From an uncultured bacterium (lineage in GTDB: Bacteria > Margulisbacteria > WOR-1 > CAVSGV01), in NCBI GenBank assembly GCA_963768305.1, contig CAVYHE010000003.1:96001-160000 (forward strand): a stretch of 64,000 nucleotides of DNA, given 5' to 3'. The notes under the pieces are model-generated. The model did not search any database. It saw only the letters and a program-made list of their open reading frames with translations, and had not been told where the DNA came from. Below, piece by piece: positions 19,329-29,266 of this stretch (the first letter of the stretch is position 1; every line of letters begins with the position of its first letter). Position numbers and translations under genes: made by a program.

Positions 19329-21464
19329 CATCGCCGCCAGGCAAAAGCTGGCCGGTACGGTCAATGTCCCCAAGATCCCAAAAACAGGGATGAACAGCAA
19401 GCTTGTCATTATTGCCGAAATCGCTCCTCCCAGAAGATCACACCCGTAAAGGACTCCGGCTTTGTTCGCCAGGGATTTTGACAAGTATCCTTTGACCGCA
19501 ATAGGGAAGACTGCGCCGGAAAGAAAAGCGAATATGAATGAAAAAGCTGTTATCGAATATTTGGAAATTCGATAATCAAGCACGGGTGCAGTTTTAAGGT
19601 ATAAAGCAAATAGCATGATCGAAAACAAAAGAAACGCTATTATTTGAAAAAGGTTAAATTGTTTTGGTTTTAAATTAGTATAATAACTTCCAAGCGCCAG
19701 CCCCGCCATAAAGATCGCGAACAAGATCCCTATCATGAAATATATGTATCCGTAGACCGCCTCGAACGAATACATCGAAAGAAGCTGCAGCGCCATGGCG
19801 TTGAAGCCGATCAGAGCGACAATTACGGGAATGCTTGCGTTCTTTACCGCTTTTATCCTGAGACCGGCAAGCCTGAAAAATATTGCCAGAGCGAAGATCC
19901 AGACGATCAGGCTGCCAAGCTTGATAGTCAGCAAGCTTTGGAAGATCAGATTTGTCCTGCCGGAGAAATAGCTCAGCCAGACAAGGATCGAATAAAGATA
20001 TGATACAGGATGAAGATCGGTGCCGATCAAAGTTTTATCATCGAATTTTATCGCGGACGCGACATAATCCAGCCTGTCTTTCGTGACAAGGTGGGGGATG
20101 GATAACGCATTAAAATATTTTGTACTGACATTTTCCCTCTGCCATCTTCTGACTAGAGTCCCGGCGTCATCAGTCAGGACCCCAGATGATGGCGACGCGT
20201 AATAATATATGTAAGCGCCCGGTATCACCTTTACGTTCGGGAATACCGAGCTGATCGTCTTGAATATTGACGAATTGAGCGCCCTTGTTTCCTTTCCCAT
20301 GAAATCAGCCGAACCTGAAAGTTTCAACGCCAGGACCCCGCGGGGAGACAATTTTTCGGCGCACTGCCTCATGAATTCGGCCGTAAAAAACCTTCCGCCG
20401 GCCATATTTACCGGATCGCCCGTGTTTATGAGGATCAGATCATACTTGTTTTTTGTGTTACGTATGAAATATCTTCCGTCGGCAACGGTCGCAAAGGAAC
20501 CGCCTGACATGCCGGCAAGTTCAGGGTCAAACTCCACGTAATCAAGCTTTTTTACGCCGCGCAGATGCAGGAACTTGTCTGCGATCACAGGGCCTCCGCC
20601 GATCAAAAGCACTTTCTCGGGGCTCCCGCTTTCGATCAATGCGAGATCCGCGATCTCCTCGTTTTCCGGCACCGAAGCTGTTGAAAAGGCAAGATTACCG
20701 TCCTCAAAATAGCTGTGTGTCCCCTTATCTTCGATGACAGAGATCCTTCCGTATATCGAATCGACAGTGCTTATTAAATGAGATCCTTTGAATTGGGCTT
20801 GCGAAGAACACCTGTCCAGTCTGGCGCCATAAGGATGAATTAATACAAGATTGACCGCGAGAACGAACGCGAATATCATCAATCTCTCCAGCATGGCCTT
20901 GGACCTCTTCCGGATAAAATTCTTGTAAATATACATCGATGAGAATGTCAGCGCTGTGCCGACCACCCCTGCGATCTGAAATGGATTTAAAAAATAAATA
21001 AGGATGAAGCTGAAAATGATCCCGCCGGCTGCGGCCCCGATGCTCTCAACGATATACATGGTGCCGGTATTTTCCAGCACGTTGCTCCCCAGAGTGAAGA
21101 GCGAGCCGAACAAAAGACAGGCCGGAGCGATAGTTATAAGCGAGATCAGGAAGATCGAATTAAGGTCGGGGATCGCGCCTGAGGGAATACTGAACAATAC
21201 CTTTGATGCTCTGGCAACATAAATCTCGGCCGGGATAATTAGAGAGATCACCATCTGCATATAGATCAGGGTTTTTGGAGCATCTTTAATATTTTTTATC
21301 AGCTTGCCGCATACGTAGCTGCCCAGGCCGGTGGACGCGAGCCATATCATAAGGGATATCCCGTAGGTAAGCTCGTTGCCGTTGAAAATAGCCGCCAGCT
21401 CCCTTAAAAGGAGTATCTGAACAATGATGGACGCGAACCCGATCGCTGATAAAGGAAAAAACAT
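19287..21464 (-). CDS. Membrane protein with spermidine-synthase-like SAM-binding domain
   Basis: Multi-TM N- and C-termini; SIYGRI, KVLLIGGG, VEFDPEL, DGRYFI, YDLIL. Confidence 0.8.
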   Translation of the reverse strand: MFFPLSAIGFASIIVQILLLRELAAIFNGNELTYGISLMIWLASTGLGSYVCGKLIKNIKDAPKTLIYMQMVISLIIPAEIYVARASKVLFSIPSGAIPDLNSIFLISLITIAPACLLFGSLFTLGSNVLENTGTMYIVESIGAAAGGIIFSFILIYFLNPFQIAGVVGTALTFSSMYIYKNFIRKRSKAMLERLMIFAFVLAVNLVLIHPYGARLDRCSSQAQFKGSHLISTVDSIYGRISVIEDKGTHSYFEDGNLAFSTASVPENEEIADLALIESGSPEKVLLIGGGPVIADKFLHLRGVKKLDYVEFDPELAGMSGGSFATVADGRYFIRNTKNKYDLILINTGDPVNMAGGRFFTAEFMRQCAEKLSPRGVLALKLSGSADFMGKETRALNSSIFKTISSVFPNVKVIPGAYIYYYASPSSGVLTDDAGTLVRRWQRENVSTKYFNALSIPHLVTKDRLDYVASAIKFDDKTLIGTDLHPVSYLYSILVWLSYFSGRTNLIFQSLLTIKLGSLIVWIFALAIFFRLAGLRIKAVKNASIPVIVALIGFNAMALQLLSMYSFEAVYGYIYFMIGILFAIFMAGLALGSYYTNLKPKQFNLFQIIAFLLFSIMLFALYLKTAPVLDYRISKYSITAFSFIFAFLSGAVFPIAVKGYLSKSLANKAGVLYGCDLLGGAISAIMTSLLFIPVFGILGTLTVPASFCLAAMLLFFPEHLRGKNI

Positions 21465-21502
21465 TTTATCTCCCTGTCCGGATGATATATTATACATATT
21501 GT

Positions 21503-22121
21503 ATGCTCATAGACAAAATCATATATCTTACAGTGCAGGGATTCCTTTTCGGCTACGGGCCATGCCTTGCAACCTGCGCGCCCGTCCTTCTTCCTTATGT
21601 CGGAACAAAAAAGACCTGGAAGGAAGGATTTTTCGCGGCGTTAACCTTCTCGCTTGGAAGACTGGCTATCTACGTGATACTTGGCGGGCTTTTCGGATAT
21701 TTCGGCGCCTTCATAATGAAATATTATTATTACTCGGGAATATATCATTATCTGAAGGCGGTCCTGTCCGCTATATTGATCATCATAGGAATGTCAGTGA
21801 TCCTGGGCAAGAATTTCAATTTCAAGTTCTGCGGCGCGGGGGAGGGGAACATGGCGGTGCTCGGAATGCTTGTGGGCGATATCGCCTTGCGCGCCTCTTA
21901 TCGGGATACTTCTTGAGATCGCGCTCCTGTCGGATAATTTTTTCGCGGGTTTCGCGTACAGCTTCTTTTTCGGTATAGGCACAGTGCTGTCGCCAATGCT
22001 CCTTATCGCGGCCGTGATTCCGATGATAGGCGGCAGGTTCGATCAAAAAGTTTTCAGGGTTTTTAATAATATCTGCGGTGCTATGATGGTCCTGGCCGGC
22101 ATCTACGTCTTGATAAAATAG
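21503..22121 (+). CDS. DsbD_2/TauE-like membrane protein; frameshifted near 21885
   Basis: GPCLATCAP, FSLGRLAIY, then SPCAPL and FFFGIGT in the second frame. Confidence 0.7.
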
Positions 22122-22127
22122 GGAAGA

Positions 22128-22153
22128 GCCCCGGCGGATGAGTAAACCGGGGC
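22128..22153. terminator. Probable hairpin terminator between convergent genes
   Basis: GCCCCGG...CCGGGGC stem between stop codons at 22121 and 22161. Confidence 0.5.
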
Positions 22154-22160
22154 CCTTTGG

Positions 22161-22570
22161 TTATTTCCTGGCTTTTGCCAGCGGCTTTTCCTCGATATCG
22201 AGTGTTTCTTCTTCTTCTTCCCCCGCTTTTTTGTCGGCGGATTCCTTGAAGAACTTTCGTGTCCAGCATCTGCATATTGCTTGCCACCACTTCGGTAAAA
22301 TACCGATTTCTCCCCGTCTTTCTCGTATTTTCTGACCTGAAGTTTCCCTTCTATCGCGACCGGTTTCCCCTTCTTGAGGTATTCGCCGCAGACCTTTGCA
22401 AGCCCTCTCCACGCGACTATATTGATAAAATCCACTTCTTTCTCGCCGTTCTTTGACGGTCTTTGCACCGCCAGCGCGAACTTCGCAACGGGGATCTCGT
22501 TCGACGTGTAGCGGACTTCCGGATCTGCTGCCAGCCTGCCCACCAAGATCGTCCTGTTCAATGACATCAT
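22161..22570 (-). CDS. ssb: Single-stranded DNA-binding protein; frameshifted
   Basis: LNRTILVGRLAADPEVRYT, DFINIVAW, YLKKGKPVAIEGKLQ. TEVVASNMQMLD and the acidic tail lie in other frames. Confidence 0.88.
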
Positions 22571-22704
22571 TAGTTATTTCACCTCCTTCATCTTTTGTGT
22601 CAATGAATAGCAATTTTCTTGCCGTTGAATTTACGAATAAATCACGAGGGATAACTGTTGAAACTGACTACACTGTCGAGGATTTAGACAACGAAAAGTT
22701 AACG

Positions 22705-24252
22705 CTATGCTTTATGCTTATAGCTGATGAGCTCCATGTCGAGCTCGTCGAAGTCGATATCGGGGTAGGGGTGGAACTTGCCTGACCGGGTTTCTTTTAT
22801 GCTCAGGTCGTTAAGGTCCACTTCTAGGTTGAGGTCTGCGGGAATGACCCGGAACTCGGGGCTTATCAGGTCTTGTTCCATCGGCTGGGCCCAAAGCTCG
22901 ATTATCTTGCTTATCACTTTGCGTCTTCCGCGGAATTCCTCGCCGAATTCCGTGAGAATAGCCAGAAGCTGCTTGCCTATCCTTGCTTCTTTCAGGAGAT
23001 TAATGCACCCGCAAAGCCCCAGATGCGAATGGAGCAGCTTTCCTTCCTCTTTTTCGATCGAGCCGATGTTGATCAGCATTATCTGCACGTCCTGATACTG
23101 GTTGCCGATGAAAGTCTCATATCTCGTGTCGCCCGTTATTCCCAGCTTAAGAGGATGATGCTGATATGTAATGTTCGTTTCAAGCGTTAATCCGACCGCT
23201 GATTCCTGATTGGTCCAGAGTTCGGGGTGGTATGCCTGGTTCACGATGATCTCGAACCCGTATTTTTCCATCAGCGGCGCGCCGTCTATTTCCGTCAGCC
23301 TGTTGCCGGGTATCATCAGCTGGAAATTTATTTCCTTGTTCCCTTCGCGGTCGGTCTTGTTGAATATCCCCTGATATTTAAGCATTACTCCGGGAGACCC
23401 GAAAATATCGACCGATTTCGACGGGCCTTTCATTTTGTAATCATTATATTTCGCGACCAGGCTCAAGATGCCCTCTATCGCTTCCGAGTGGTCGTCATGG
23501 TCGTGCGTTATTATTATCGCGTCTATATCCAGTATTCCCAGGAACTGTTCCCTGAATATTTCCAGGAAATTGTATCCCGGGTCGATGACTATGCCTTTTG
23601 TTTCTCCGCGGGAATTCTTCAGCGTAAGATAATATCCGCCGCCGAGGCTTGGCGCCTGGGAATAAAGCGGAGTGGATGAATTCCATTTCCTGATGATCTT
23701 CAGCTTGTTCGGCCCCGCGACGTCGTCGATCATCTTCGGCATGTTAAGGTCTTTGACCAGTTTTTCCTGGTTATGCCTTATCGTTTCGCGGGTGGGGAAA
23801 AGCACTTCGTCCATGTATTTTATCGCGCCGTATGTGAGGCTGCCCTTGTCGTAAAAATGCGGGTCGGACTTTCTGGCAAGCTTGAAGTCCTCGTAAGCGT
23901 CCTTGTACCGGCCCTGCAGGAACCGGGCTATCCCGCGGTTGTAAAGCGGGACGGTCGCGTCCGCTTTTATATCCAGGAATTTCCTGTAGACATTGTCGTA
24001 TATCTTTTCCGCTTCCAGATAAAGGTTATCATTGAGGCAGATAAAGCCGATAGCGTCCCACGGCATTGAATGGTTATTTGTCAGAGCGGTCTGAAGCGCG
24101 TTCTTATCAGAGAGAATGGCTTTAAGGGCGGCTATTACCTTATCCAGGTTCTTGTGTATCCAGTCCTTTCGCGCGTAAAGAGGGAATTTAAGGAGATTAT
24201 GCCAAGTATGTATGTCCTCTGCTTTAAGCGCGATATTGAGCATCTGATACAT
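22705..24252 (-). CDS. TPR plus metallo-beta-lactamase-fold hydrolase
   Basis: TPR-like YNRGIARFLQGRYKDAYEDF; IVIDPG, THDHDDH (HxHxDH), GITGDT. Confidence 0.75.
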   Translation of the reverse strand: MYQMLNIALKAEDIHTWHNLLKFPLYARKDWIHKNLDKVIAALKAILSDKNALQTALTNNHSMPWDAIGFICLNDNLYLEAEKIYDNVYRKFLDIKADATVPLYNRGIARFLQGRYKDAYEDFKLARKSDPHFYDKGSLTYGAIKYMDEVLFPTRETIRHNQEKLVKDLNMPKMIDDVAGPNKLKIIRKWNSSTPLYSQAPSLGGGYYLTLKNSRGETKGIVIDPGYNFLEIFREQFLGILDIDAIIITHDHDDHSEAIEGILSLVAKYNDYKMKGPSKSVDIFGSPGVMLKYQGIFNKTDREGNKEINFQLMIPGNRLTEIDGAPLMEKYGFEIIVNQAYHPELWTNQESAVGLTLETNITYQHHPLKLGITGDTRYETFIGNQYQDVQIMLINIGSIEKEEGKLLHSHLGLCGCINLLKEARIGKQLLAILTEFGEEFRGRRKVISKIIELWAQPMEQDLISPEFRVIPADLNLEVDLNDLSIKETRSGKFHPYPDIDFDELDMELISYKHKA

Positions 24253-24279
24253 AGCGGTATTATGCTATAATCCCGCGGT

Positions 24280-24939
24280 ATGGACAAGCCCGAAAAAAGA
24301 GTTTTGCAGATAATAAGCATCCTTTCTAAGCAGTATCCCAGGGCGAAAACCGCGCTTAATTTCAGGACGCCGATCGATATAGTTGTCGCTACGATACTCT
24401 CGGCTCAAAGTACAGACAAGATGATCAATAAGATAACAGAGAAACTGTTCAAGAAATACAGGACTCCGAAGGACTATGCGAAAGCAAATCAGAAGGCTTT
24501 TGAAAAAGAGATCAGATCATCAGGTTTTTACAGGAATAAAGCTAAGAACATCATAAATATGGCGAAGATGGTCGTATCTGATTATAACGGGAAAGTCCCC
24601 GATTCTATGGAAGAACTGGTCAAGCTTCCAGGTGTTGCCAGAAAAACCGCGAATATCGTGCTTAATAACGCTTTCCATAAAGTTGAAGGCATTGCGGTCG
24701 ATACTCATGTGATCAGGCTGTCAGGCAGATTGGGGCTGTCAAAATTTGATGATCCTGTGAAGATAGAACAGGACCTGATGAGGATCGTTCCCCGAAAACT
24801 ATGGGGCAAGGTCAATTATTATCTTGTCGATCACGGAAGGGCGATATGCAAGGCGCCCCGGCCGCTGTGCCCTGATTGCGCGATAAGCAAATTATGCCCC
24901 TCAAGAGTTCATTTCATGAAAATGTATTACAGCAAATGA
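24280..24939 (+). CDS. nth: Endonuclease III
   Basis: ILSAQSTD, LPGVARKTAN, VDTHV, C-x6-C-x2-C-x5-C. Confidence 0.96.
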   Translation: MDKPEKRVLQIISILSKQYPRAKTALNFRTPIDIVVATILSAQSTDKMINKITEKLFKKYRTPKDYAKANQKAFEKEIRSSGFYRNKAKNIINMAKMVVSDYNGKVPDSMEELVKLPGVARKTANIVLNNAFHKVEGIAVDTHVIRLSGRLGLSKFDDPVKIEQDLMRIVPRKLWGKVNYYLVDHGRAICKAPRPLCPDCAISKLCPSRVHFMKMYYSK

Positions 24940-25306
24940 AATATCGTCATCCATCGGCACAACGCCAGCCATCTTCACTGGGACCTGCGCCTGGAAAACA
25001 AGGGAGTCCTCAAGTCGTGGGCCATCCCGAAGGAGCCTTCGAACGATCCAGCTGTCAAACGATTAGCCATCCAGGTGGAAGACCACCCGCTGAGATTACG
25101 CCAAGTTTGAAGGCACAATACCGGAAGGGGAGTACGGGGCGGGTGAAGTTAAGATATGGGACAAAGGGACATTCGACGCCATTGAATTCAATGATGAAAA
25201 AGTGGAGATGGCTCTGCACGGAAAGAAACTGAATGGGCATTTTCATCTTGTAAAATTCAAGAAGGCCGGGCCGAAAAGCTGGCTGTTCTTCAAGTCAAAA
25301 ACATAA
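24936..25306 (+). CDS. Stand-alone LigD-type DNA 3'-phosphoesterase; frameshifted, absent from ORF track
   Basis: Hand translation: [17 protein letters not shown]...LKSWAIPK...[12 protein letters not shown] / [25 protein letters not shown]...WLFFK. Indels near 24944 and 25093. Confidence 0.88.
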
Positions 25307-25681
25307 TTAGCTGAGGTCTCTGGTCGCAACAACATCAACGCCGAGGCCGAGCAGGTTGCTGATGATCTTATCTCCTAATTTGACCGGAGCATCAACTTTA
25401 GCTTTCATTATTTCGTTCATGCAGTCGAATATTTTGTCCTTCGGTATCAGGTCCGACGTCTTTACCGGAAGCCTGGAGAATTGAGCGCCTTCTATCGCGA
25501 CTGTCGAGGTCAGAACCCGCTTCGGATGCGAAAATTCTTCTCTCACATATGTTTCGCCTTTCGCGCAAGTGTTGCCCACGATCTCCTTGATCTCTCCGTT
25601 CGCGTCGGATGAAACCGTAACTTCGCATCCCAGCGGGCACATTATGCAGGTGAATTTCTTCTCGTTAATCTGCTCTGACAT
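25307..25681 (-). CDS. DUF1667 CxxC protein (glycerol-3-P dehydrogenase associated)
   Basis: TCIMCPLGC, GNTCAKG, PKRVLTSTV, LPVKT. Confidence 0.85.
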   Translation of the reverse strand: MSEQINEKKFTCIMCPLGCEVTVSSDANGEIKEIVGNTCAKGETYVREEFSHPKRVLTSTVAIEGAQFSRLPVKTSDLIPKDKIFDCMNEIMKAKVDAPVKLGDKIISNLLGLGVDVVATRDLS

Positions 25682-26909
25682 CTATCTTTAGCTCCTTTGC
25701 TACTTTTAACTTCGCAAGCTTTTCTTCATTAAGATAAATTTCCAGCATTTCGCCGGGCTTCACAATGTTCTTTTTAAGTCTGATGATCCCGTCCGGCGAT
25801 GATACGGTCACGTCTTTTATGGGGCGGGTGACGCGCGCGTATAATGTAAGAGGTTTTGCCCTTGTGATAACATTTGGCACAATGAACCTGATATTCTCGC
25901 CGGCGACAGTTCTGGCGTTCATTTCGCTTTTCAGTGTCCCGTTAACAAAATCTGCCGCGGCTTCTCCCGCTATCTCGGCTTCGCTGCTAACGTAATCGGC
26001 CAGATCGTTCACGAACGCGGCATTGCCGCAAATGAAAACTCCGGGCCTTCTTGTCTGATAGGCGTCGTCAATGAACGGGCCGCCGGTCAGCGGATTGAGT
26101 TCAAGCGGGACCATGCGCGAGAGCTCGTTCTCCGGTATCAGCCCCACGGAAAAAAGAAGAGTGTCGCAGGAGATTTCAAAAGTCTTATCGGTCGGGATGC
26201 CTTTTTCGTCGATCTCGGCGACCTTTACGCCGCTTACCCTGTCCTTGCCGTATATCTCGACCACATTATGGCGGAGATGAAGCGGGATATTGTAATCATT
26301 CAAGCACTGGACGATGTTCCTTGTAAGCCCGCCGGGATATGGGAGAATTTCAGTTACGGCGTGAACTTTCGCGCCTTCAAGGGTCATCCTTCTTGCCATT
26401 ATCATCCCGATATCGCCCGAGCCGACGACCACTATTTCCTTGCCGGGGAAAAATCCCTCGATGTTCATGAACCTTTGCGCGACCCCGGCAGTAAAAATCC
26501 CGGACGGCCTCGTGCCTGGGATCGTCACCTGCTGCCTTGTCTTTTCCCTGCAGCCCATCGCGAAAACGATAGCTTTTGCCGAAACTTCGATCAATCCGTC
26601 CTTTCCACTTGCAAGCACCACCTTGTTGTCTTTCGTGATCTCGATCGCCATGGTCTGGAGTAGGACCTTGATGTTCGAGTTCTTGATCTTCTTTATGTAA
26701 GCGTCGGCGTATTCCGGCCCGGTGAGGTCTTTTTTGAATTTATGAAGGCCGAAGCCGTTATGTATGCATTGCTGAAGAATGCCGCCGAGCTCAGGTAGGC
26801 GGTCGACGAGCAGGATATTCTTTATTCCCATTTCGCTGGCTTTCAGCGCCGCGGCCATTCCGCCGGGGCCCGCGCCTATAACGATGATATTCGCTGATAA
26901 TTTTTTCAT
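25665..26909 (-). CDS. NAD(P)/FAD-dependent oxidoreductase (glp cluster)
   Basis: IGAGPGG, GGILQQCIHNGFGLH, AMGCRE, GSGDIGMIMARR, SVGLIPENEL. The true start MKKLSAN overlaps the upstream stop. Confidence 0.88.
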   Translation of the reverse strand: MKKLSANIIVIGAGPGGMAAALKASEMGIKNILLVDRLPELGGILQQCIHNGFGLHKFKKDLTGPEYADAYIKKIKNSNIKVLLQTMAIEITKDNKVVLASGKDGLIEVSAKAIVFAMGCREKTRQQVTIPGTRPSGIFTAGVAQRFMNIEGFFPGKEIVVVGSGDIGMIMARRMTLEGAKVHAVTEILPYPGGLTRNIVQCLNDYNIPLHLRHNVVEIYGKDRVSGVKVAEIDEKGIPTDKTFEISCDTLLFSVGLIPENELSRMVPLELNPLTGGPFIDDAYQTRRPGVFICGNAAFVNDLADYVSSEAEIAGEAAADFVNGTLKSEMNARTVAGENIRFIVPNVITRAKPLTLYARVTRPIKDVTVSSPDGIIRLKKNIVKPGEMLEIYLNEEKLAKLKVAKELKIDVRAD

Positions 26910-28337
26910 CTTTTTCCTTTTATCATCAATGAATCTCCGCCGCGCTTCGTGATCTTTTCTTCCGGGCACCCCAAGTTCGCGGGCAAGTATCCTCATCACG
27001 TGATGAGTGCAGAATCCCGCCTGGCATCTTCCCATTCCTGCCCGAGTCCTGAATTTGATCCCGTCGACTGTGCTGGCGCCGTTGCCGATGGCGGCAACGA
27101 CTTCAGCTTCGGTGACCGTCTCGCACCTGCAGATCACATTGCCGTATGCCTTGTTCATTTTGATAAGAAGTTCCTTGTCCTTGTTCGAAGCGAGGGTGAA
27201 TCTCCTGTGCGGCCTGTCGTATTTCTTGAAATCTTTTTTCTTTTCAAGCTTAAGGCCGGAAGTTCTTTAAAATATCGATGACCATCAGCGCGATAGCGGG
27301 CGCGGCCGTCAGGCCCGGAGATTGTATCCCTGCCGCATTGATGAAATGCGGAGCAGCTTTTGATTCTTCGATGATGAAATCATTTGTATTTGATACCGGG
27401 CTGTATCCCCGCAAATGAAGCGATGATATCTTTTGTCGAGATGCCTGGCACCATAGTGCGGACAAAGTCCAGGATCTTTTCAAGTCCCGCGGAAGTCGTC
27501 GTCAGGTCTTCTTTGTCGGTGATATCTTCCGCGGTGGGGCCGATCATTGTTGAGTTTTCAATGGTTTTTATGACCAATATCCCTTTTGATATAGGGCTGG
27601 GTGTCGGGAATATAATATGGTTGTTTATGTTGTCCAGCCGCTTATCAAGCAAGTATTCTTCGCCTTTTCTCGGGTTTATCCTGAAATTGTCGGCGCCGAC
27701 GAACTTTGCGACTTCATCCGCGTAAACTCCGGCCGCGTTGATGACATAGTTAGCTTTTATTTCATCGTTACCGGCGGTTATCATATAAGCCTGCCCGTCT
27801 TTCCGGATGCCGGTCACTTTGGAATCAAGAAGGAATTTAACGCCGTTCTGCGCTGCGTTCTCATATAAAGCGTAGGTCATTTCATACGGCGGGATGACTC
27901 CGGCTGTCGGGGCAAGCAGGCCGGTGTTTATCTCCGGCGCAAGGTTGGGTTCCATTTCATGCAGCCGTTTTCCTTCCACCATTTCAGCCGGGATACCTAT
28001 TGTTTTTGAGCATTCCAGCATTTGTTTCAGGACTACCAGATCGGCATTGTTCCTTGCGACAAGTATTTCGCCGACCATTTCAAAGGGGATGCGCAGTTCC
28101 TTTGAGAGGGCCTGCCACATCTTGTTGCCTTGAATGCAAAGCCGCCCTTTCAGTGTTTTAAGGTCTTCATGGATGCCGGAGTGTATGATGCCGGAATTGG
28201 CTTTTGATGTGCCGAATGAAACTTCCATTTCTTTTTCAATGAGGATAATATTAAGTTCATATCGCGAAAGCTCTCTTGCTATCGCGGTTCCCTACGATCC
28301 CGCCGCCGATTATGGCTATGTCGTAAGTTCGGGTCAT
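26906..28337 (-). CDS. GlpA-like FAD-dependent glycerol-3-phosphate dehydrogenase with BFD-like [2Fe-2S] C-terminus; frameshifted
   Basis: [68 protein letters not shown] across frames. Confidence 0.85.
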
Positions 28338-28408
28338 TTGCGGAGATTATAGCATTAAATATTGGAGATGAGAGATGGGAGATGAGAATTGTGATAAAAT
28401 AATTTGGA

Positions 28409-28627
28409 ATGGCAAAGTTAAATATTAAAGTTATTCCGAATGCCAAAAAGAACAAGCTTGTCGAGGAGCCCGGCCGGATAAAGGTTTATCTGACAGCTCC
28501 GGCGGTGGAAGGCAAGGCAAATTCCGCTCTCATCGAATTCCTCGCGGAACATTTCAAGGTGAAAAAGAGCAGCATCTCCATCATTAGAGGCGCAACTTCA
28601 AGAGAAAAGGTCGTCGAGATCAGCTGA
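28409..28627 (+). CDS. DUF167 (YggU) family protein
   Basis: KVIPNAKK, APAVEGKAN, IIRGATSREK. Confidence 0.9.
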   Translation: MAKLNIKVIPNAKKNKLVEEPGRIKVYLTAPAVEGKANSALIEFLAEHFKVKKSSISIIRGATSREKVVEIS

Positions 28628-29260
28628 GGGCGACATATAAAAGGATCGCGGCATAATGGCATGCGGCTCCGAGAAGCACCATCGTATGCCAGAGCTCATG
28701 ATAGCCGAACTTCGGCCAAAAATTCGGTTTTTTTATTGTGTAAATAACCCCGCCGATCGTATATATTATGCCTCCCGCGACCAGCAATAAAATCCCTCCC
28801 AGCGGCATATAATGTATCAGCGGATCAAGCGCGACAAGTATCATCCATCCCATTATTATGTATATCAATGTGGTCAGCCATCTCCACACATCAATGTAGA
28901 TCGATTGCACAATGACGCCGAAAAGCGCCATTCCCCAAACTATTCCAAAGATCGTCCAACCCCAGGGGCCTCTTAAAGTATTGAGGCAGAACGGAGTATA
29001 TGTGCCCGGCTATGACAAAATATATCGCCAGATGGTCCAGCTTGCGGAATATCTGGTATTTGCCGCCGGCTGATTGCGGCAGCAAGTGATAAAGTAGCAC
29101 TGAAAATGAAAAGAAGCAGAAAGCACGCCCCGTAAACGCTGAACGAAACGATTTTCCAGGCGGAGTTGCTGCCGAGGACCAAAAGTATCACGGTCGCCGG
29201 TATCATTAGCACGGCGCCGATCAGGTGAATAAATCCGGGCATGGGTTCTTTAAATTTCAT
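28620..29260 (-). CDS. Hemolysin III / PAQR (TrhA) family membrane protein; frameshifted
   Basis: EP...HLIG, LYH, RKLDHLAIYFVIAG, YIIMGW, GYHELWH. Confidence 0.88.
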
Positions 29261-29266
29261 GATTAA

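Noticed and set aside
25665..27158. 497-aa BFD-oxidoreductase fusion
   Set aside because: Artefact of an indel near 26965: the first part is the C-terminus of the upstream GlpA-like gene, whose TGA overlaps the ATG at 26909.
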